DNA from: a virus
Virus record (IMG/VR): IMGVR_UViG_3300021091_005330
Span: 13,652-77,651 of that record
Direction: 5' to 3' (one strand)
Length of the DNA stretch: 64,000 nucleotides
Positions within the stretch are counted from its first letter, which is position 1; the number at the start of each line of letters is the position of its first letter. The notes under the pieces were generated by a model. It was given only the letters and a program-made list of their open reading frames with translations. It had not been told where the DNA came from and searched no databases. This document shows, piece after piece, positions 56,883-64,000 of the stretch. Both the position numbers and the translations under genes were made by a program.

Positions 56883-57866
56883 ATGAAATTTATATATTCT
56901 TTTAACTCAAAACCTGTTACAGATAATTGGAAAGAAGAAAATCTTGGCTTTTTTGATTCTGAAAAAGAAAGAGTAGATACAAATTTACAAATGAATAAAT
57001 TAATGTTCTTAGAAAGTTTGAGTTCATTAAAAAAAGCTTTTGGAGAAAATGTTGATGTAGAGCTTTTTACAGATGATATTGGGTGCAAAATTTTTGAAGA
57101 TATTAAAGGTTTAAAAATTAATAATTCATTACTAATGATTAAAAATTATAATAAAGTATTATGGGCTGTGGGAAAAATTTTCTCTTTATCAACTCATAGT
57201 GAACCAGTTATTCATTTAGATATGGATTTTATCATAAAAGATCATAAAACATTTTTTAATATTGTAAATGAAAATTGGGATATTTTAGTTCAAAGCAGAG
57301 AAACTTATAGGCATTATAAATTATGGTATTCTCAAAGTGTGGAAATATTTTTAAATGTCTTGTTTCAAAATCGAGTAGAGTCTAAATATTTTGAATTTAA
57401 TATGCCAGAATTTTTTTATCATTTGAATTATAACTATACTTATAATTGCGGAGTTATAGGTTTTAAAAATCTTAATGCTTTACAAAAATATACAAATAAT
57501 TCTTTAAGAATATATAATTTTTTTAATTCTGACCCTACCAAAATAACACAATATCACGAATTTTATTCTTTTCTTAATAAATATGACACACTAGAGAATA
57601 AACTTGTCAATATAAATTGCCTTATGGAACAATGGTATTTAACATTATTTAGTAATTATCACAATTTTTATGTAAAAGAAGTTGCTCCTTTATCTGTATG
57701 GAATAATTTTCAAGGTTATACAAAATCAATAGAAAATATTTGTAAAATATATTTCCACCCTGCGGGTGGAAATTTTGTTGATAAGTTCAAGCAAATAATG
57801 ACGATGAATAATAAGATAAATAATAAGATAATAGAATTTTTAGATCAAAATGATTTACCACGCTGA
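56883..57866 (+). CDS. DUF6734-like putative glycosyltransferase
   Basis: LFTD..G, WAVGKI, HLDMD, YNCGVIGF, MEQ; paralog of 356..1216. Confidence 0.6.
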   Translation: MKFIYSFNSKPVTDNWKEENLGFFDSEKERVDTNLQMNKLMFLESLSSLKKAFGENVDVELFTDDIGCKIFEDIKGLKINNSLLMIKNYNKVLWAVGKIFSLSTHSEPVIHLDMDFIIKDHKTFFNIVNENWDILVQSRETYRHYKLWYSQSVEIFLNVLFQNRVESKYFEFNMPEFFYHLNYNYTYNCGVIGFKNLNALQKYTNNSLRIYNFFNSDPTKITQYHEFYSFLNKYDTLENKLVNINCLMEQWYLTLFSNYHNFYVKEVAPLSVWNNFQGYTKSIENICKIYFHPAGGNFVDKFKQIMTMNNKINNKIIEFLDQNDLPR

Positions 57867-58116
57867 TCTTCTAGAGATGGTTAAAAGATTACCAGAAGAT
57901 TACAAACCTTTTGGCGAAGTAGAAAGATGGGCTAATCCAGATGAAGATTATCCAGATTGTTCTATGGGATGCAAATATTACTTACAATTAAAAGGAGAAT
58001 TAGGAAACGATTGGGGCGTATGCTGTAATAAGAATAGCCACAGATATAGTTTATTAACTTTTGAGCATCAAGGATGCCAAAAATTTGTGTTTGACAAAGA
58101 GACTAATATAGAATAA
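57850..58116 (+). CDS. Cys-rich small protein (DUF3027-like)
   Basis: DCS.GCKYY..L.G.LG.DWGVC.N..S.....LTFEH.GC. Confidence 0.6.
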   Translation: MIYHADLLEMVKRLPEDYKPFGEVERWANPDEDYPDCSMGCKYYLQLKGELGNDWGVCCNKNSHRYSLLTFEHQGCQKFVFDKETNIE

Positions 58117-58119
58117 TAT
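58091..58119 (+). promoter_or_regulatory. sigma70-like promoter, leaderless geometry
   Basis: TTGACA-N17-TAATAT-N7-ATG(58127). Confidence 0.7.
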
Positions 58120-58126
58120 ATAGTAT

Positions 58127-58771
58127 ATGGGCTTATTTAATTATGTTAAAGTAGAACAAGAGCTTCCCTTGGACGCTACCTTACAAACGCTTAATCGTAA
58201 TTGGCGTGATGAAGAATATCAAACAAAAGAACTAGAAGAAAATGCTTTGGTTAATTATATTCTTCGTGATAATAAATTATTTGAAGAAAAAGTAGAGGGT
58301 CATTATGAGGAAGTTAGTTCAGAAGAAAAAAGCAATAGTAGATTTGGATTTATTTTAGATAGACGATTTGTTCAAGACAAAAAAGAACAAGTTTGGAGAG
58401 AAGATTATACTGGCACTTTTATTTTTGGGTGTGTTGTTTATGGAGACACTATTGATGGAACTGACTTTTATCCAGATTGGAGATGCGTTGTAGTTAATGG
58501 AGTTGTTAAAGAATTAACTATTGTTAAAGGCTATTCTAAATATTCTTCTAAAGACAGAATCGAACAACAAATGGAATGGGATAAGGAATTAGAAATTAAG
58601 AAGAACAAAATGAAATGCCCAATTTATAGATTTTATTTTAATTATTATGTTCAACCTCTTGATAAATTTGGATGGTATGTTAGCAGAAAACTTTATTTTA
58701 TGACAAGATTCATCGAGTGGATTAGATTTCCTGTAATTAGAAAAGTTATAACATTTTTAACGCCAAGATGA
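58127..58771 (+). CDS. hypothetical phage protein
   Basis: MG.F.Y....P.....YQTK.L pattern; promoter upstream. Confidence 0.7.
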   Translation: MGLFNYVKVEQELPLDATLQTLNRNWRDEEYQTKELEENALVNYILRDNKLFEEKVEGHYEEVSSEEKSNSRFGFILDRRFVQDKKEQVWREDYTGTFIFGCVVYGDTIDGTDFYPDWRCVVVNGVVKELTIVKGYSKYSSKDRIEQQMEWDKELEIKKNKMKCPIYRFYFNYYVQPLDKFGWYVSRKLYFMTRFIEWIRFPVIRKVITFLTPR

Positions 58772-58965
58772 AAAAGGCTAAAAAGCCACATATTCTTGAA
58801 GTAAAAGAAGAAAATGGCTATTTATATGTTGAGTTGCCTAATTCTCTTTTAAAAAAGGTTGGCTGGAAAACTGGTGATACGATTGATTGGCACGATAATA
58901 AAGACGGCACTTGGAGTTTAATCAAAGTCGCAACTCCTTCTAAATCAAAAAAAAACAAAATTTGA
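58768..58965 (+). CDS. AbrB/MazE/SpoVT-like DNA-binding protein
   Basis: LYVELP..LL..VGW..GD.I.W....DG. Confidence 0.75.
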   Translation: MKKAKKPHILEVKEENGYLYVELPNSLLKKVGWKTGDTIDWHDNKDGTWSLIKVATPSKSKKNKI

Positions 58966-58990
58966 CATCTTGGATAATTCAGTATAGACT
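58962..58990 (+). promoter_or_regulatory. sigma70-like promoter, leaderless geometry
   Basis: TTGACA-N17-TAGACT-N6-ATG(58997). Confidence 0.7.
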
Positions 58991-58996
58991 GAAATT

Positions 58997-60109
58997 ATGA
59001 AGTTGCCTACAATTTATAAAAAGACAAAGACTGGTAAAATCCAAGAGTGGACTATCGAAGTTAAGGGTAATCAATATCGCACAATTTCTGGTCAAACAGA
59101 TGGCGAAAAGATTACGAATGAATGGACAGATTGTAATGTAAAAAACGCTGGTAGAGCTAATGCTACTACCGCACAAGAGCAAGCGTTAAAAGAAGCAGAA
59201 GCAAAGCGTAAAAAGAAACTTGAGTCTGGTTACTTTGAAAATGTAAAAGATATTAATAAAACTCAATACTTTGAACCTATGCTTGCTCATAAATATGAAG
59301 ATCACGATATTAATTATCCTGTTTTTTCTCAACCTAAATTAGATGGTATTAGATGTATTGTCACAAAAGATGGTATGTTTAGCAGAAATGGCAAAGCTAT
59401 TATCTCTGCTCCTCATATTAGAGAAAATCTAGAAAAGTTTTTTAAAGATTATCCAAATGCTATTCTTGATGGCGAATTATATTGCGATAAGTTTGCAAAT
59501 GATTTTAATAAAATTTGTTCGCTTGTTAAAAGATCAAAACCTACTGATGAAGAATTAGAAGAAAGTGCAGATCATATTGAGTATTGGGTATATGATGCAC
59601 CTAAAATTGGAATACTAGATCAAAGCGATTCTTTTTATAGAAGGTATGAATTATTTTCTGATGCTCTTACTAAAAGAAAGTATATCAGTATTGTTGTTGT
59701 CACTACTTTAAAAGTAAATAATGAAAAAGAATTAACTCAAGCATACGAGATGTATGTTGAACAAGGTTATGAAGGTCAAATGGTTAGACCAGATCGAAGC
59801 TATGAGAATAAGCGTAGCAAACACCTTCTCAAAAGAAAAGAGTTTATGGATGAGGAGTTTGAGATTAAAGAAGTTGTTGAAGGTGAAGGTAATAGAAAAG
59901 GAACTGCTGGTTATATGGTTTTTGAAAACAAAGATGGTAGACCATTTAAAAGTAATATTAAAGGTGATTTTACTTATCTTACTCAACTATTAAAAGATAG
60001 AAATAAATTAGTAGGCAAACAAGCTACAATTAAATTCTTTAATTATACTCCAGATAGTGTGCCAAGGTTTCCTTATGTAATTAAAATTGATAGATATAGC
60101 TATGAATAA
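58997..60109 (+). CDS. ATP-dependent DNA ligase
   Basis: PMLA, QPKLDGIRC, SRNGK, LDGELY, GYEG.MVR, KRS..LLK.K, PRFP. Confidence 0.95.
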   Translation: MKLPTIYKKTKTGKIQEWTIEVKGNQYRTISGQTDGEKITNEWTDCNVKNAGRANATTAQEQALKEAEAKRKKKLESGYFENVKDINKTQYFEPMLAHKYEDHDINYPVFSQPKLDGIRCIVTKDGMFSRNGKAIISAPHIRENLEKFFKDYPNAILDGELYCDKFANDFNKICSLVKRSKPTDEELEESADHIEYWVYDAPKIGILDQSDSFYRRYELFSDALTKRKYISIVVVTTLKVNNEKELTQAYEMYVEQGYEGQMVRPDRSYENKRSKHLLKRKEFMDEEFEIKEVVEGEGNRKGTAGYMVFENKDGRPFKSNIKGDFTYLTQLLKDRNKLVGKQATIKFFNYTPDSVPRFPYVIKIDRYSYE

Positions 60110-60527
60110 TTTGACGGATACTAGATATACTCCAGACAATATATCTTATATATCTGATAATGAAGTATTTGTATTTGGTTCTAATTTAAGAGGAGTTCAC
60201 GGGGCTGGAACAGCAAAACTAGCAGTAAATTCTTTTGGTGCAAAATATGGTCAAGGCATTGGATTACAAGGACAAAGCTATGCTATACCAACAAAAGATT
60301 ATAATATAGAAACTCTACCATTAGCAGAAATACAATTATATGTTAATGAGTTTTTAAGATTTGCGAAAGATAATTATATTTTAACTTTTTTAGTAACAAA
60401 GATTGGTTGTGGTCTTGCTGGATATACTATCAAAGATATTGCTCCTATGTTCTATTCTGTTTCATCAAATGTTGTTCTGCCTAAAGAGTTTGTAGACTTT
60501 AATCAAAAAAACAAAAAAATTAATTGA
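60102..60527 (+). CDS. A1S_2505-like phage protein (macro-domain-like)
   Basis: VFVFGSN..G.HGAG.A..A...FGA..G.G.G.QG.SYAIPTK, VT.IGCGLAG. Confidence 0.75.
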   Translation: MNNLTDTRYTPDNISYISDNEVFVFGSNLRGVHGAGTAKLAVNSFGAKYGQGIGLQGQSYAIPTKDYNIETLPLAEIQLYVNEFLRFAKDNYILTFLVTKIGCGLAGYTIKDIAPMFYSVSSNVVLPKEFVDFNQKNKKIN

Positions 60528-60552
60528 CTTGTATTTAAAATCCATTTAAATT
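60524..60552 (+). promoter_or_regulatory. sigma70-like promoter, leaderless geometry
   Basis: TTGACT-N17-TAAATT-N6-ATG(60559). Confidence 0.65.
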
Positions 60553-60558
60553 CAGATT

Positions 60559-62778
60559 ATGAAATTAATCGAAAAGCCAATCAAAGTAGTAGAGTCTGAT
60601 AGTTTTGATTCAGTAAGTTTTGGAATCAAGCAGTCTGGACTTCCTTATATCTTTAACATTCTTCGCAATCAGTTGTATTCCAACAAGCCTCTCGCAGTTT
60701 TGCGTGAGATCGCTTGTAATGCACAAGACGCTAACATCGAAGCGGGTAGCAAGCGTCCTATCGAAGTAAAACTTCCTAGCAAGCTAGACCCTACTTTAAC
60801 TATCAGAGATTTTGGTAATGGTCTTTCTGCTGACGATATTAAGAATCTTTATTGCTATTATGGTGAATCTACAAAGCGTGAAAGTAATTCCGCTATTGGT
60901 TATTATGGTATCGGTAAGTTTGCTCCGTTCAGTTATGGAGATAACTTTGTTTTAATTTCGTATCATAATGGCAAGAAAACCACTTATAATGCTTTTATTG
61001 ATGAGACTAAAATTGGTAAGATTGTAAAGCTAAAGGAAGAAAAATCTTCTGAACCTACTGGTGTAGTCGTATCTGTTCCAATTCGTGAAGAAGATACTGA
61101 AACTTTCCTAAAGACAGCAGTAAGTCTATTTAAATATTTTAAGAACAAGCCTAAAATTACTGGTGCAAGAAAAGAAGATGTTGCACCTATCTATGATCGT
61201 AAGCCAGTATTTGAAGGTAGTTGCTGGCGTTATTATGGTCAAAGGGATAGAAGCTATTATCATAGCGACAATTCAGTTGCGATTATGGGCGTTGCCTATG
61301 AGATTGATGGCGATGATGTTGCTTTCAAAGATGATACATTACAAAGTCTTTGCCATCAAGGATTTGAAGTAGATTTTGCTCTTGGTGAACTTGATATTAC
61401 TGCAAGTCGTGAGAGTCTTGAATATACCGATAAGACCAAGAAGGCTATTAGAGCAAAGTTTAAGAAGATCAAAGAAGAAATCGCAGAGTCTATCTCTAAT
61501 CAGTTTAAGACTTCGGATAACATCTTTGATGCTAAAGCGTTGTATCATCAAGTGTTTGGAACTTATGGTAGTCTTGGATATGTTATTCGTGATTCGTTGA
61601 ATAACAAAGTGACTTGGAACGGCAAGGTTATTAACGATCAGATTATTCCTTTCACAGATAAAGTTCGCAAATTAATTTCAACTGGTGGACTTACTGCACG
61701 ATTCTATTCTAAATCTCGCAGAAGTTCCAAGCTAGTTTCAGAAGCAGAAGAAACAAGACTTGTTTGCGAAAAGACACACAAGATTCTTGTTAATGATACT
61801 GGCTCTAATATGGGTGTTACTCTAAGACTAGCAACACTTTGGAATGAGCTTGGCGATCAGATTGAAGGTTCGTATGTCTTTTCTTTTAAGGACGATGCCT
61901 CAAGAGTTTCTTTTGATAAAGAGCTTGGTTTAATTGCAAAGAATTATCTTAAACTATCTGATTATGAAAAGATTGAGATTCAGAAAGTTACTTCTGGTAA
62001 TGGCGTTGTAGCAAGTAAGAATCCAAAACATTCTTCTCAAATCTTTAAGTTCAAGCGTGATGACGCTAGAAGTTGGGGAACAAAATCTTCTAATTGGGAG
62101 ACAATGAGTATTGATCTTGCCAATGACGAAGCTATCTATGTAGAGATCAACGCTTTTGAGGCTAAATCAAAAGATGGCACGACAAGTCTAGGTAATGGAA
62201 CTTTAAAAGATACTTTAGACAAGTATGAGGAATTTACTGGCGATAAGATCACAGAGCTTTACGGAATTAAAACTAAAACTTTTGATTCTAAAAAGAAAAT
62301 AATTAAAAAGAATAAAAAACTTGTTAGTCTTTGGGATTATATGCAAGATAAACTTCAAGCAGAGTTTGACAAAACTGCTCAAAAGATTATTGATTCAAAG
62401 CATTGGCTAACTCATCATAATGAAAATGAAGGCGATGATTTTGTTGAGCTTGCACAAAGGATTCAAAAGCATAAACTTCACGAATCTATTGAAGATAATA
62501 ATAATCCATTCTCTCAATATCTAAGTGCGGTTAGTTTTTACTCAAAAACAGACTTTAAGAAAGTATCGGCTGTGCAAGATTTTCTAAAGACTGCATCTTT
62601 TGATATTAAATTCAAAGATGTTCAGCCCACTTATAATCTAATAGATTTAATGAAAGCTGTCCGAGAAAAGTATGGTTTGCTAGATGTGTTTATACCAGAA
62701 AGCTATATATGGAAATACGATAGCAAAGCTAAACTACAAAAAGTAGTAGACTATATAAATCTTATTGACAAAAACTAA
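60559..62778 (+). CDS. rIIA: rIIA-like protein (GHKL ATPase N-terminus)
   Basis: LYSNK..AV.RE..CNA.DA, IRDFG.GL, STK..SN..IG..GIG...PFSY, F..GELD..ASRE.L. Confidence 0.88.
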   Translation: MKLIEKPIKVVESDSFDSVSFGIKQSGLPYIFNILRNQLYSNKPLAVLREIACNAQDANIEAGSKRPIEVKLPSKLDPTLTIRDFGNGLSADDIKNLYCYYGESTKRESNSAIGYYGIGKFAPFSYGDNFVLISYHNGKKTTYNAFIDETKIGKIVKLKEEKSSEPTGVVVSVPIREEDTETFLKTAVSLFKYFKNKPKITGARKEDVAPIYDRKPVFEGSCWRYYGQRDRSYYHSDNSVAIMGVAYEIDGDDVAFKDDTLQSLCHQGFEVDFALGELDITASRESLEYTDKTKKAIRAKFKKIKEEIAESISNQFKTSDNIFDAKALYHQVFGTYGSLGYVIRDSLNNKVTWNGKVINDQIIPFTDKVRKLISTGGLTARFYSKSRRSSKLVSEAEETRLVCEKTHKILVNDTGSNMGVTLRLATLWNELGDQIEGSYVFSFKDDASRVSFDKELGLIAKNYLKLSDYEKIEIQKVTSGNGVVASKNPKHSSQIFKFKRDDARSWGTKSSNWETMSIDLANDEAIYVEINAFEAKSKDGTTSLGNGTLKDTLDKYEEFTGDKITELYGIKTKTFDSKKKIIKKNKKLVSLWDYMQDKLQAEFDKTAQKIIDSKHWLTHHNENEGDDFVELAQRIQKHKLHESIEDNNNPFSQYLSAVSFYSKTDFKKVSAVQDFLKTASFDIKFKDVQPTYNLIDLMKAVREKYGLLDVFIPESYIWKYDSKAKLQKVVDYINLIDKN

Positions 62779-62793
62779 AAAAGGAGACAAAAT
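62765..62793 (+). promoter_or_regulatory. sigma70-like promoter, leaderless geometry
   Basis: TTGACA-N17-CAAAAT-N7-ATG(62801). Confidence 0.55.
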
Positions 62794-62800
62794 ACAAAAT

Positions 62801-63727
62801 ATGAAAATACCCTATATATTAACAGATCGTAGCTTGACCATCGTATTAAACGATGAGCCAAAGACTATCACTAGCGAGAATCCAGTATGGAAAGACGCTA
62901 TCACCGCAATTCGTGAAGGCAGATTTAATGACCTTACCGATATCCTAGACAAGAGCAAAGCTATTGTTCGATTCTCTCACGGCAACATTGATGTTCGTGA
63001 TGGGGTTGTGACTTATGCTGGCGAGGAGATTCATAATCTTGTTGTAGATCGTATTCTTAATTTTATTAAGAATGGATTACCTTATGAGCCTCTTGTTAAG
63101 TTTCTTGACAAGCTAATGCAGAATCCTTCTCGCAGAGCAGTTAATGAGCTTTACAAATTTTTGGAGCATAAGAAGATGCCTCTAACTCCAGATGGCGATT
63201 TTCTTGCATACAAGAGTGTTCGCTCTGACTTTACCGATTGGTATAGTGGCAAACATAATTTTGCTATTGGACAAGTTCGTGAGATGCCTCGCAATCAAGT
63301 TTGCGACAACGCAGAGATTGGTTGTTCAGAAGGTTATCACGCTGGTTCAGAAGAATATGCAAAAGGATTTAATGGTGGTGGTAATCTTGTGATTGTTAAG
63401 ATTAATCCTGCTAATGTTGTATCTGTGCCTAATGATTGTGATTGTCAAAAACTTCGTGCATCAAAGTTGGAAGTTGTTGCACTATATCGCAAGGCACTAG
63501 ACAAAGACCTTTACGATATTACTTATGGAAATTATATTCATCCTTATCGTCCAGAAGCTAGGGAAGCTATGGAGGAAATATATGGTTATGATGATGATGA
63601 TGAAGATGATAGCGATTATGACGATGAAGATGAGGATAATGATTATGCTAACGATGGCACAATGCAATCCTCTGTTAGTTATCACAGCAAGCGTGACCCA
63701 AAAACAGGGAGATTTGTAAAGGGATAA
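62801..63727 (+). CDS. rIIB: rIIB-like protein
   Basis: NPS.RA..ELY.FL, T.DG.FLAYK.V, MPR..V, CS.G.H, VK..PA.VVSVP.D...K.R; acidic tail and RD..GRF end. Confidence 0.9.
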   Translation: MKIPYILTDRSLTIVLNDEPKTITSENPVWKDAITAIREGRFNDLTDILDKSKAIVRFSHGNIDVRDGVVTYAGEEIHNLVVDRILNFIKNGLPYEPLVKFLDKLMQNPSRRAVNELYKFLEHKKMPLTPDGDFLAYKSVRSDFTDWYSGKHNFAIGQVREMPRNQVCDNAEIGCSEGYHAGSEEYAKGFNGGGNLVIVKINPANVVSVPNDCDCQKLRASKLEVVALYRKALDKDLYDITYGNYIHPYRPEAREAMEEIYGYDDDDEDDSDYDDEDEDNDYANDGTMQSSVSYHSKRDPKTGRFVKG

Positions 63728-63994
63728 ATGAAATTTGGAATACAAATTCCATCAAACAGAGGTTGGCGGTTGGGTAAGAATATTGATATAGATATTATCT
63801 TACCCGCCACCAATCTCGGTTATTTTGAATATGTAAATATGTTATCAGAATCATCTTTTGATGATGATAGTAAATGGATTGGATTTAAATTAAATTTAAT
63901 GACCAACATTTCATTTGAAACATACGATTATGGAAAAATCTTTACATTTGCTATATTGGGTTTAGGATTTAGAATAGGCAAATATAATATTTAA
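63728..63994 (+). CDS. hypothetical protein
   Basis: ORF abutting the rIIB stop. Confidence 0.55.
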   Translation: MKFGIQIPSNRGWRLGKNIDIDIILPATNLGYFEYVNMLSESSFDDDSKWIGFKLNLMTNISFETYDYGKIFTFAILGLGFRIGKYNI

Positions 63995-64000
63995 ATCTAA

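Noticed and set aside
63587-63645. GAT/GAC/GAA trinucleotide-like repeat
   Set aside because: Encodes the Asp/Glu-rich tail of rIIB; not an independent element
1449-63745. Numerous 60-120 aa antisense or alternative-frame ORFs in the track (e.g. 1449, 2828, 11002, 21334, 34063, 63497)
   Set aside because: Nested within well-supported genes, with composition typical of shadow frames

Overview
A very AT-rich, gene-dense 64 kb segment of a large tailed dsDNA bacteriophage (jumbo-phage-like), using the standard genetic code. Layout: putative virion genes (1-5.5 kb); a minus-strand replication/recombination block with a DnaE-type polymerase split into PHP, 3'-5' exonuclease and catalytic genes, plus primase, ThyX, DnaB, RecA and a Cas4-like nuclease; nrdAB; a phage sigma factor, dNMP kinase, dCMP deaminase, a GMP-reductase-like GuaB and PurA; about 15 glycosyltransferase/sugar-nucleotide genes; several 2OG-Fe(II) oxygenases; tmRNA, a tRNA-Ser with an unusual ACU anticodon, Hsp20, UvsE, an ATP-dependent ligase and rIIA/rIIB. 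Main observations read from the sequence: (1) a ~290-nt promoter-driven, pseudoknot-rich non-coding RNA upstream of nrdA; (2) an operon of two 2OG oxygenases, an SdpA-like/HTTM (SdpB-like) membrane pair and an SDR; (3) three promoter classes: TTGAC-N17-TAnnnT promoters ending 6-7 nt before the start codon (leaderless mRNAs), a recurrent GTGTAA motif mostly 8-13 nt before putative late genes, and a sigma54 promoter with enhancer-like dyads on hsp20; (4) a G->A and C->T nucleotide-converting gene set; (5) a four-copy dyad repeat array. Family and DUF names are from recognition of motifs by eye and were not confirmed by database search.
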